The notes under the pieces: model-generated
What the model saw: the letters and a program-made list of their open reading frames with translations, nothing else
Told to the model about the DNA's origin: nothing
Databases searched by the model: none
Part shown: positions 27,465-35,280 of the stretch, piece after piece
How the letters are laid out: every line of letters starts with the position of its first letter
Numbering within the stretch: the stretch's first letter is position 1
Source of the DNA: a virus
Taxonomy: Duplodnaviria > Caudoviricetes
Direction: 5' to 3' (one strand)
Virus record (IMG/VR): IMGVR_UViG_3300050150_000027
Coordinates: 1 to 42,344 of that record
Length of the DNA: 42,344 nucleotides
Program-made: the position numbers and the translations under genes

Positions 27465-27476
27465 GCGACGTACTCC

Positions 27477-27743
27477 TTACTTGAGGCCGAGTTTGCACAT
27501 GACTTTAAAGGCTTCGCGCGCTTGCGAAGCCAAATGCTTCTGCGCATCAGCGATCAATTCTTCAAGGCGTACCTCACTATCGCCGCAGCCCGACGCCAGC
27601 ATATCTGCGCCGACGCTGACGCATAGCTTCCCTGCTTCGTGTACGTCCAGCAGCTTACGGAAGTCCGAGGCGGCGTTTCCAATGACCAGCTTGAAAATAG
27701 TCGCAGTGCCGGGGCTAATGTCTTTGGGAGGGTAGATTGCCAT
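27477..27743 (-). CDS. Hypothetical protein
   Basis: 88 aa, GGAGTAC RBS. Confidence 0.7.
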   Translation of the reverse strand: MAIYPPKDISPGTATIFKLVIGNAASDFRKLLDVHEAGKLCVSVGADMLASGCGDSEVRLEELIADAQKHLASQAREAFKVMCKLGLK

Positions 27744-27795
27744 ATTGCGTACTCCTTGCCAGATACTTTAAAGTTTCCGTACGCGCCAGATATGA

Positions 27796-27830
27796 GAAAG
27801 GCCGGGGTAGTACGGGTACCCCGGCCTTTC
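27796..27830 (-). terminator. Terminator-like hairpin
   Basis: GAAAGGCCGGGGTA / TACCCCGGCCTTTC, a perfect 14-bp stem after the 230-aa gene. Confidence 0.7.
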
Positions 27831-27854
27831 CGCCCTCAGTGCGACCCGAGGGGC

Positions 27855-28547
27855 TTACAGGATCGACGGCAGCGCCGACTGCGCCTTGGTAGTCGAGATA
27901 CCGAGCATCTGCTTGGCGGGTGCCAAGTACCGGGTTTCGAGCATCTTGCCGAGCGCGGTGCGCAGTTCAGCACCCGAACCCGGCACGGCAGCTTCGGCGG
28001 CTTCGACCTTGGCGGCAATGGTGGCGTTCAGGTATGCGATGCCATCCGCGCCAACATCGGCCTTGGCCTTGAGGAACGTGTACTTCGGATCAGTGGCCGA
28101 CTTCGACTTGTGGACTTCGCGGACCACAGTATCAGTGACCAGCTTGGTCAGCGGATCGACCGTAACGCGCGCCTTGGTACCGTCGCCCTGCTTGCGTACG
28201 TTGCCCGAGGTGAGATCGGCGATGGCACGGCTGAGTACGTCCTCAAGGTCGGGAGCAGCCGGCAGCGGCTTTTCCGGCTTGGCGACGACGGATTGCAGCG
28301 GGTCGGCAGCAGTGGCCTTGTTGTACGCGTCCCACGCAAGGACGGTTTCATCCTTGGCGTAGCGCTGCGTGGCCGAGTTCAGCCGGTTGGCGGCGTAGCC
28401 GCGCACGGCGTTCTTGAGGAAGTCGAGACGGACGTTTGCCGGGATGGCTGCGCAGTCGATGGAACGCGCGCCGGGGAGGTTCGGAAATTCAGTAACCAGC
28501 ACGGTGTCCGCGACTGGGGCGGCGACGGCTTCGGGGGTATCGGTCAT
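27855..28547 (-). CDS. Hypothetical Ala/Lys-rich protein, probably highly expressed
   Basis: 230 aa, capsid-like codon bias, with its own promoter and terminator. Confidence 0.8.
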   Translation of the reverse strand: MTDTPEAVAAPVADTVLVTEFPNLPGARSIDCAAIPANVRLDFLKNAVRGYAANRLNSATQRYAKDETVLAWDAYNKATAADPLQSVVAKPEKPLPAAPDLEDVLSRAIADLTSGNVRKQGDGTKARVTVDPLTKLVTDTVVREVHKSKSATDPKYTFLKAKADVGADGIAYLNATIAAKVEAAEAAVPGSGAELRTALGKMLETRYLAPAKQMLGISTTKAQSALPSIL

Positions 28548-28598
28548 TGGGTAGGCTCCGCAGTTGGGGGTTGTTTCGTTGTCGCTTTCGACTGGTCC

Positions 28599-28626
28599 AG
28601 AATACAGCCTGTCGGGTACGTGTCAA
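28599..28626 (-). promoter_or_regulatory. sigma70-type promoter
   Basis: TTGACA-N16-TATTCT, about 50 nt upstream of the ATG at 28547. Confidence 0.65.
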
Positions 28627-28649
28627 CAGGAAAAAGATACGATGCGAAA

Positions 28650-29063
28650 TTATTCTTCCGGTACTTTAAAGCTAAGCGGCAGTACGTCTGTCCAGTCAGA
28701 TGCAGACTTGGCCATATGGATGGTTGTCTGTTTGGTAGCGCCATCGTAGGCCATGCGCATAGTGCAGTTATCGTCAAGCGGCGCGTCAATGTCCATACCC
28801 GCCGCCTTGAGCGCCTGTAGCACCTGCGAGAGGGATCGAAAGGCGCTGGCCACGAAGTCGCCGAACGAGCAGTTAGCGCGGTTGAACGTAAGGGTGAACG
28901 CGCCCGAAAGCGGGTAGTACGTGATTTGGACCATTGACGAACGCGAATTGAAATTGACCGTTGGCGCGGTACGCGTCCCCGCGATAGCCGCGCGCCAGTA
29001 GTTGCGTTCAGCGGTTGCGTTGAACTCTTGGGCTATCTGGTCGGCTTGCATCATTGGCGTCAT
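28650..29063 (-). CDS. Hypothetical protein
   Basis: 137 aa, AAGGTG RBS. Confidence 0.6.
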   Translation of the reverse strand: MTPMMQADQIAQEFNATAERNYWRAAIAGTRTAPTVNFNSRSSMVQITYYPLSGAFTLTFNRANCSFGDFVASAFRSLSQVLQALKAAGMDIDAPLDDNCTMRMAYDGATKQTTIHMAKSASDWTDVLPLSFKVPEE

Positions 29064-29072
29064 ACATCACCT

Positions 29073-29300
29073 TTAAAGTATGTCGGGGAGTTTGGGCGCT
29101 AGGCCAGAGCGTTGTATTTGGCGATCATAGAAAAGCTTCTCGGCCCATGACCACGAACGCCAGCAGCCGGGAGGCGCGTTAGCAAACCCCCCGGCACTGT
29201 TACCTATCGCGCGTAGCTGCGTATACGGCGCTAGGCAGTCCTCGTTACGCGCACCTAGTACGCACTTTAAAGGACTGCACCGTACGCATGGGCTAAGCAT
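29073..29300 (-). CDS. Hypothetical protein
   Basis: 75 aa in the tightly packed early operon. Confidence 0.45.
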   Translation of the reverse strand: MLSPCVRCSPLKCVLGARNEDCLAPYTQLRAIGNSAGGFANAPPGCWRSWSWAEKLFYDRQIQRSGLAPKLPDIL

Positions 29301-29523
29301 CTCGCCCCTGCGGCACGGTGAGGGACGCGATATGCGCGGTTAACCCCTTGGCGTGGTCTTGCCAGACTGTGCGAGGCTCTAACGTCACACTACGGGCGAG
29401 CAGCCATACCCGTACGTTTGCGTACCCGAGTAGCGCGAATTTCTCCGCTTCCTCGTACGCTTGCGCGGCGTCGGTATGCTCTAATACCCGTGTGTCCATG
29501 TCGTCGTAAGTTATCAAAAACAT
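29293..29523 (-). CDS. Hypothetical protein
   Basis: Start MFLITYDD at 29523 with a GGAG RBS. Confidence 0.55.
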   Translation of the reverse strand: MFLITYDDMDTRVLEHTDAAQAYEEAEKFALLGYANVRVWLLARSVTLEPRTVWQDHAKGLTAHIASLTVPQGRDA

Positions 29524-29524
29524 G

Positions 29525-29839
29525 TCAGTTGCTCCCTTGGCAGACTTCTGGCGGTTCCTCGTTGCGATCCCATATACGGGCGCAGGTCGAGCATTTGTAC
29601 TGATCGGCCCCCCATTGGACCGGGTGGTGCAAGCTATCTTTAAAGCTTGCAGCTTGCCTGTCCGCATGTTCCTGTAGCATCGGGGCAAGTCTTGCGTTGC
29701 GTAGGCGTTCGTTCTCCCTGTCCAATAGGCGCGAAAGGCGCTCGTGCGCACGGAACATAGTATCGACTTTGTGCGGCTCGATACCTTGCGCTATCAGGCT
29801 GGCGCGTACGTTGGCGCGTGCTGTATCTTGCCTATTCAT
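29525..29839 (-). CDS. Hypothetical protein with C-terminal CxxC
   Basis: Start MNRQDTAR at 29839; YKCSTC...C. Confidence 0.55.
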   Translation of the reverse strand: MNRQDTARANVRASLIAQGIEPHKVDTMFRAHERLSRLLDRENERLRNARLAPMLQEHADRQAASFKDSLHHPVQWGADQYKCSTCARIWDRNEEPPEVCQGSN

Positions 29840-29996
29840 GGTCGATCCTGTCCCTATACGGATTAAGGCGCTTGCGCTCCCCTTCCAGTTCGGCCCACTG
29901 CGCACGGTACCGCGCCCACGTACCGAAAATGACAGCGCCAGCGCCTACGCCTAGCAGCGTGACAGCGACTAGGGCGAATATCTTTAAAGCAATCAT
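29832..29996 (-). CDS. Small single-pass membrane protein
   Basis: MIALKIFALVAVTLLGVGAGAVIFGTW hydrophobic segment. Confidence 0.55.
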   Translation of the reverse strand: MIALKIFALVAVTLLGVGAGAVIFGTWARYRAQWAELEGERKRLNPYRDRIDHE

Positions 29997-30199
29997 CACT
30001 TTTGCCCCCTTTGTGCAAAGCGGTACCCCGCCAATACCCAATCGCATTTGGCCATAAACCGCAGCGTGGCCAAATGCGTATCCGGCGCGCGTTGGTAATA
30101 GGCGTCACCCATGACACTGAAAAGCATTAGCCTTTCACTGCCATTGATCCCGCGCGCCCTGCAACATTCCTCGTTTAGTACTTCGCTAAGTGTTTTCAT
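29996..30199 (-). CDS. Hypothetical protein
   Basis: 67 aa, GGAGTAC RBS, ATGA coupling. Confidence 0.55.
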   Translation of the reverse strand: MKTLSEVLNEECCRARGINGSERLMLFSVMGDAYYQRAPDTHLATLRFMAKCDWVLAGYRFAQRGQK

Positions 30200-31032
30200 T
30201 GCGCGTACTCCATAGCCTCTAGGGCGGTTTCAATATGCCGCGCGATATGGTCTAACGCGGCTTGCGGCGTAGCGGCGTTAGTGTTGGCGTCATTGATCCC
30301 GTTTAGCGCCACGGTACCGATAGGCGCGTTAATCACGTCGCTTGCCTTGACCGTCTCAGGGTATCCGTAAACGCTGCATTCGCGCGCCTTGCAGCGCTCT
30401 ATAAGAGCAAAGCAGATGCGACGGAACATTGCAGGGTGTCCGATGGCGAACGACAGGTTAGCAAGGTCTAGGGGCTGCTCAGCGCCTTTGACGCGCCACG
30501 AAAAGCACACCCGCTTGCCGCTTATGGATTGTACGCAAGCGGCTATCACTTCGCATTGTATCCCGTCGCTTTCCAGTTGGTTAACGTATTGGGCGATACC
30601 TAGGCCATAGTTGGCGACGTTTGCCGCGCGTTGTGAGCAATCCACGCTGATATTGACGACAAGCGTTAGTACCTTGCCTGAGCCATTGTCGGCGCACGGT
30701 TCGTGGCGGATCATACTATCTGGCGCACCTGCGCAGAACCGTGCAACGTGCGGGCGGTGTCCGTAGAAGTCGGTGCGTTCATCGGGCGAAGGCGTAAGGG
30801 GGGCGAAAGCCTTTAAAGCGGCTTGCGCGCGTTGCGCCCCCTCGTTCCACCCGTTGCGTGCCATGGTCCACGCTTTGCCGTACCCTACGCCCAAATCCCA
30901 CGAATTGCCGTAGTTGGCACTAGCGCTAGACTTCGCGCGCCACGTTGCCGGTGTGTTCTCGATCCACCGCGCCAGTTCGGCGAGAGTGTTAAAAAAGTAC
31001 TGCTCAGTTTTGCCTTTAAAGCGTTCCTGCAT
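30196..31032 (-). CDS. vWA-like partner of the AAA+ ATPase
   Basis: 278 aa directly downstream of the ATPase; LTLVVNISVDCS strand, VKGAEQPLD and HPAMFRR motifs. Confidence 0.55.
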   Translation of the reverse strand: MQERFKGKTEQYFFNTLAELARWIENTPATWRAKSSASANYGNSWDLGVGYGKAWTMARNGWNEGAQRAQAALKAFAPLTPSPDERTDFYGHRPHVARFCAGAPDSMIRHEPCADNGSGKVLTLVVNISVDCSQRAANVANYGLGIAQYVNQLESDGIQCEVIAACVQSISGKRVCFSWRVKGAEQPLDLANLSFAIGHPAMFRRICFALIERCKARECSVYGYPETVKASDVINAPIGTVALNGINDANTNAATPQAALDHIARHIETALEAMEYAQ

Positions 31033-31046
31033 TGTCTGTACTCCTG

Positions 31047-32351
31047 TTAAGCAAATAGGCTAGCGGCGTCGCGTAGTTGGTTACAAGTGTCGGTATCAAG
31101 CCCCTTGAACATAGTGGCTTCTTCTACCTGCTCCCAAGTATCGCCCATTGCCAGCCCCTTTGCGCCGTCTAACGTGGCGCGTGGTGTGATAAGCAAGTCT
31201 GAAAGCCCCCGTTCGGTAGCGGCCTTGCGAATTGACTGTACGTGCGCACACCAGCCCTTGTCGGGGGCAATCGCCATTTCAAGCGCTTCGTCGTACCCAA
31301 ATTCGATGAAATAGAACCGATTAACGCTGGCGGCGTCTAGTTTGTTGCGCCCTTGGTACTGCCGAGTAGCGCCCGATAGCTTAGTATTACCCGCGCCAAT
31401 GCATTTAAAGTTTTCGTGCATTGGTACCGCCTTATCGGGGAAAGGGCATACTTTGTTTGCCAGCGCCATATTCATTGCGACGATAGCGCCAGCGCTCGAA
31501 CCATCCATTTCGTCGAATAGAAAAACGCCACCGTTCTCGTACGCTTCCCTAAAGGGTGTGCGGATCGTCTCCCCGCGTGCGTCCCGGAACCCGAGCAACA
31601 GGTACTCGGATTCTACCTTGGCCACGCAATAGAACGGAAGCCCGAGCGCTTCGGCGCACTGCATTCCCGCAGTGCTTTTGCCGCTCCCCGCAGGTCCGTG
31701 CAGGTATACATGCAAGCCGTGTTGCAGCGCCTTAACGATACGCGGCAACGCGTAATGCACTATCCCGAACGGTTGAGGCGCTGGCATATCCGGCTTTTGA
31801 ATATGCAGTACCGTCGGCATCATATCGGCGAGTGCAGCGCTTATCGCTTCCATGTTGGATTTGCGCAGCACTTCGCAGGTTTGTTGCAGTACTTCGCGCG
31901 AGTATTCGGCTTCCCTATCGAAACGCTCATTCAGTAGCGCGCGAAGCGTTTTTGTCTCAGTGTCCACCGATTGCTGCATGGTATCGGCCCACTGGTCAAA
32001 CACTTGGCGCGATACGGTATTGGCGGACTGTTCAGCAATCATACCCTTTAAAGCGGCTTTTATTGCTTCCATTGACGGGCCTACGTTGTTTTCGGCAACG
32101 CGCCCTTGCCCGTAGCGCGCGTTAATCTTATCCGCGATAGCACGCGACGAAGGCTCAGACTTGCGCGCCACTGAGTACAGATTGACCAGTTCGCGCGACG
32201 TTGCCGCACTGGCCACGCCAGCCGCCACGCCAGCGCTAACGGCTAGCAATTCGAGCGCGCTGCGCACGGGACCAGATACCGTATCGGCTGGATCAATAAA
32301 CCGGCGACCGTGCGCGTTCTCTACTTGTGCAAGGTAATCTGACATAAGCAT
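31047..32351 (-). CDS. MoxR/CobS-like AAA+ ATPase (AAA_5)
   Basis: GPAGSGKS, FLFDEMD, GAGN and LDAASVNRF motifs; likely start 32351 with an AAGGGG RBS. Confidence 0.85.
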   Translation of the reverse strand: MLMSDYLAQVENAHGRRFIDPADTVSGPVRSALELLAVSAGVAAGVASAATSRELVNLYSVARKSEPSSRAIADKINARYGQGRVAENNVGPSMEAIKAALKGMIAEQSANTVSRQVFDQWADTMQQSVDTETKTLRALLNERFDREAEYSREVLQQTCEVLRKSNMEAISAALADMMPTVLHIQKPDMPAPQPFGIVHYALPRIVKALQHGLHVYLHGPAGSGKSTAGMQCAEALGLPFYCVAKVESEYLLLGFRDARGETIRTPFREAYENGGVFLFDEMDGSSAGAIVAMNMALANKVCPFPDKAVPMHENFKCIGAGNTKLSGATRQYQGRNKLDAASVNRFYFIEFGYDEALEMAIAPDKGWCAHVQSIRKAATERGLSDLLITPRATLDGAKGLAMGDTWEQVEEATMFKGLDTDTCNQLRDAASLFA

Positions 32352-32373
32352 GGTTTGTCCCCTTGGTGTCATA

Positions 32374-32429
32374 CAGTGTTTAAGTTAGGGCAGGCTTTAA
32401 AGCGTTTGCCTGCCCTATCCAAAAAACTG
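32374..32429 (-). repeat. Intergenic long-hairpin element, copy A
   Basis: Near-duplicate of 33258-33311; TAGGGCAGG / CCTGCCCTA stem with CTTTAAAG in the loop. Confidence 0.85.
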
Positions 32430-32618
32430 CTAAATCGGTTCGATCCTAAACTTATCGTTCGGCCAGCCCTTACGCGCGGCTTCCAGATACGCTTGCGCCT
32501 TATCGCGGGGGGCGGAAAACTGCCCTATGTCCCCGTACGTGCCGAAATTGAAGGCTTCCCACTGTCGACGAAAGCCCGAGTACCTAAGCACTCGGTATTG
32601 CCTGTTGTCCTGCCCCAT
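32430..32618 (-). CDS. Hypothetical protein
   Basis: 62 aa, TAATG-coupled to the SprT-like gene. Confidence 0.6.
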   Translation of the reverse strand: MGQDNRQYRVLRYSGFRRQWEAFNFGTYGDIGQFSAPRDKAQAYLEAARKGWPNDKFRIEPI

Positions 32619-33232
32619 TACTCGCCCTCCCCGTCGCCATCGTCGGTCACAAGTACCCCGTCACAATCCGGCACGGGGCAGTTCAGGTGCGTATGCGGCG
32701 CAATATGCTTAGCGGTCACACGCGCCAGAAAGCCGCACACGGGGCATTCCACCTTAAGCAGCGCTGTCTTTTGCTTTTTGCGCGAAGTACTCAAGCCGCC
32801 CTTTAAAGCCCCGTATGGCATCGGCCCTAGGCTTTGGATGATTGGCAACGCCCAATCGTACCAAGTCTGTCCGGCCACGGTGGCGGTCATTTTGCCCTCT
32901 AGGCCAAGTGCCGTCGCAATACGCTTGAATGCAGGGCCGTGGCCAGATTGCAGCCCCGCCGCAGCGTGTGCCAATTCATGCGTGAGAACGTCGCAAATGC
33001 GCGCTTCGCCCTCTAGCGTAGGCTTAATGAAAATTTCAAAATGGCCATCGTCGCTGGCAGTATCCGACCAGCATTCGCCGATGCGCGAACCCTTGAGGCC
33101 GCGCGAAGTGAAGCCCACGGCAACGCGCACGTTCATGGGAAGGGGCGCGTTAATTTCGTCGAAACGATCCCGCGTGGCGTCAATGAACGCGTTAAGCCAA
33201 TCCTCGCGCGTATTGTGCAGATATTCAGACAT
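32618..33232 (-). CDS. SprT-like zinc metalloprotease with C-terminal Zn ribbon
   Basis: THELAH...GHGPAF and CPVC...CPVPDC motifs. Confidence 0.8.
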   Translation of the reverse strand: MSEYLHNTREDWLNAFIDATRDRFDEINAPLPMNVRVAVGFTSRGLKGSRIGECWSDTASDDGHFEIFIKPTLEGEARICDVLTHELAHAAAGLQSGHGPAFKRIATALGLEGKMTATVAGQTWYDWALPIIQSLGPMPYGALKGGLSTSRKKQKTALLKVECPVCGFLARVTAKHIAPHTHLNCPVPDCDGVLVTDDGDGEGE

Positions 33233-33257
33233 AGTGCATTCCTTTCGGTTAGTGTCG

Positions 33258-33311
33258 CAGTGTTTAAATTAGGGCAGGCTTTAAAGCGTTCCTGCCCTAT
33301 CTTAAAAACTG
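33258..33311 (-). repeat. Intergenic long-hairpin element, copy B
   Basis: About 21-bp imperfect stem with CTTTAAAG in the loop; near-duplicate of 32374-32429. Confidence 0.85.
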
Positions 33312-33509
33312 TTAGCAATACGTGGCGAAGTCGTTCAACCGCGCAACAGATCGCCCGGCGCGCGCATTAAGCGCGATTTGTATCTGTATGTCCCATCCGG
33401 TTACGTCCCGGTTTGCGTTGTACGCTTCCGCGCGTTCGCTATCCCGCTTTGCAATGCGCAACAGGATACGAAACAGGATACGTGCGACAAAGTATTCAAT
33501 AATAGGCAT
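33312..33509 (-). CDS. Hypothetical basic protein (first gene of the early operon)
   Basis: Start MPIIEYF at 33509. Confidence 0.5.
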   Translation of the reverse strand: MPIIEYFVARILFRILLRIAKRDSERAEAYNANRDVTGWDIQIQIALNARAGRSVARLNDFATYC

Positions 33510-33520
33510 ATGCTTTCCCC

Positions 33521-33572
33521 GCTTAGTTTCCATTGCGCGCGGGGCTTCCCCCGTATGCAATGGGAACTAAGC
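33521..33572 (-). other. Long leader hairpin (RNase III site-like)
   Basis: GCTTAGTTTCCATTGC / GCAATGGGAACTAAGC arms plus an inner GGGG / CCCC stem. Confidence 0.6.
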
Positions 33573-33589
33573 AGTTCCCCGGTTCACTA

Positions 33590-33601
33590 TGTCAAAGAAC
33601 G
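33590..33601 (-). promoter_or_regulatory. boxA-like antitermination element
   Basis: CGTTCTTTGACA on the minus strand, against the rrn boxA TGCTCTTTAACA; lies between promoter and first gene. Confidence 0.55.
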
Positions 33602-33655
33602 TGGCCGTTGCGGTGGCCGTGCCGGTTAGAGTGTGTTTCTGGTTGCGTCCCCCTC

Positions 33656-33683
33656 TCTTTATAGCACGCGTGCGACCGGTCAA
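33656..33683 (-). promoter_or_regulatory. Candidate major early promoter
   Basis: TTGACCG-N11-GCTATAAA, resembling alphaproteobacterial housekeeping promoters. Confidence 0.55.
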
Positions 33684-33950
33684 GTACGTTAACCGATTTA
33701 AAGCGGCAAAAACGGAATTAAATGCACCCGTTCCTGTTCCCCGTACCCCGCCGAAACGCGCCAGTATGAGAACAAAAGCGGTTATGCCCTAAAATCGCCT
33801 CAGGGGCACCTTAGAGCGCGTTCGTACTCTCAGGCTAGGGCAGTATGGCAAGGGGCAATCTCCGCGTTTTCACGGTTTGTTCTCCACCGATTAGTACATA
33901 GCGTTTCAATCGGTTTTTCCGATTAGTATCATATCCCGCACGCGAACGCT

Positions 33951-34475
33951 TTAAAGCCAATCGGGGAGCACTGGCAGGGGAGCGGGGAGCGTGCGGGGCT
34001 TGCGTGGTGCGCGCGTCTGGCCAGCCTTCCCCGGTTCTCGGTAATGGTTCACAAACCCGCGTGGCCATGGCGTTGCGTCGGTCACACGTACGTAATGGCA
34101 ATGCACTGAGAGGGGCGCGCTAGTACCAAGCGAATGCAATAGCGTACTAGCATTGTGCTGCGCACGGTTGACTAGCGCGCGATGGGCGGGGGCAAAGATA
34201 CCGTTAGTATCACGCGCCCAATACAGTACAGGTGGCAATGCATCCGGTGCATTGCATTCCGCTAAGTACTCCCCGTTGTGGCGTACCCAATCGCAGGCCA
34301 CAACATTCTGCCCCCCGAACGCGTACCGAATTGCAAATAGAGTATCCGCGCCAGCGTATGCGAATAGATCAACATGCAATACAGTATCGCGCGCAAGTAT
34401 ATCCCACGAAGTATTACGAAGCCATGGTCTAAGGGGTAATGCGGGGCGGCGTTTAGTTGCAAGGGGAGGGGGCAT
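33951..34475 (-). CDS. Hypothetical protein
   Basis: About 174 aa with Pro-rich termini and atypical codon usage. Confidence 0.4.
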   Translation of the reverse strand: MPPPLATKRRPALPLRPWLRNTSWDILARDTVLHVDLFAYAGADTLFAIRYAFGGQNVVACDWVRHNGEYLAECNAPDALPPVLYWARDTNGIFAPAHRALVNRAQHNASTLLHSLGTSAPLSVHCHYVRVTDATPWPRGFVNHYREPGKAGQTRAPRKPRTLPAPLPVLPDWL

Positions 34476-34734
34476 TTGAGGTGGCCTTTCCAAACAAAGC
34501 GCCTGCTTTCAGCCGTTCGGGGAGGAGCAAGGGCACTAGTGGCAAATTATGCTGTCTTTTCAGTGGCTTCAATCATAGCCCGAGGTGTCAGCATCCTGTA
34601 AATAAATGGATACGTCTATATAAGCAAGCACCTCTCTATACCCCCTGAGAATAGCCTAGACCTCTGCAACTATATAAGGGGAAGTAAGCCTATATATACA
34701 TAGGGGTATGGATGAATAAACGGAAGGACGACGT

Positions 34735-34770
34735 AAGTACTAAATGAGTAGTACTAAACGAATAGTACTG
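34735..34770. repeat. Three AGTACT-cored repeats at a 14-bp period
   Basis: AGTACT at 34736, 34750 and 34764. Confidence 0.75.
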
Positions 34771-34893
34771 AGGCGGCAGGGGGCATAGGCTGAATGCATG
34801 GTCTATAACTGTAACAAACCGATTTAAAGTACTTCGCCCCGATAAATACTTTAAAGCTACTTGCTCAGTGCTTGTGCCGCGTTGATAAGTGCC

Positions 34894-34921
34894 ATTATGT
34901 TAAATGCCCGTACCCATGCAA
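34894..34921 (-). promoter_or_regulatory. Candidate sigma70 promoter (leftward)
   Basis: TTGCAT-N16-CATAAT. Confidence 0.45.
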
Positions 34922-34940
34922 GAACCGTGCCAAACCGTTT

Positions 34941-34977
34941 GTTCCCCGTCTGTTCCCGTTTCGTTCTGGGTTTGTTC
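34941..34977. promoter_or_regulatory. Tandem alphaproteobacterial LexA (SOS) box array
   Basis: GTTC-N7-GTTC-N7-GTTC-N7-GTTC, with GTTC at 34941, 34952, 34963 and 34974. Confidence 0.6.
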
Positions 34978-35050
34978 GCCCCGCCACCGGGTCGAGCGGC
35001 AGGCCGGGGTGTACTTGTACATGATACTAGTGCAACAATATTTTTTAAAA

Positions 35051-35134
35051 TCATTTCGTACATCATGTTTCGTACTTTTCATTTCGTACATCATGTTTTG
35101 TACTTTTCATTTCGTACATCATGTTTCGTACTTT
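35051..35134 (+). repeat. 3 x 28-bp tandem repeat (iteron-like)
   Basis: TCATTTCGTACATCATGTTTCGTACTTT three times, with one substitution in copy 2. Confidence 0.92.
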
Positions 35135-35280
35135 ACGGTTAGTATTTTTGTAAATTATTTCGGGAAAGTTAAGTACGGGCCTTAAAGTATATTACTTGCT
35201 GAGGCGACCACGGGCCTTGACAAACTCAGGCACAAACCCCACACACTCAGTCCCCAGCTAGCAAATAGGGAACCATTACA

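Noticed and set aside
27639-28820. 393-aa plus-strand ORF
   Set aside because: Antisense shadow of a strongly codon-biased minus-strand gene that has its own promoter and terminator.
32355-33272. 305-aa plus-strand ORF
   Set aside because: Antisense to the SprT-like gene and running through the repeat hairpins; no recognisable motifs.
35051-35134. Mini CRISPR array
   Set aside because: The 28-bp units are head-to-tail with no spacers.
34857-35185. Short ORFs across the control region
   Set aside because: They are translations of the repeat arrays, without RBSs or phage-like codon usage.
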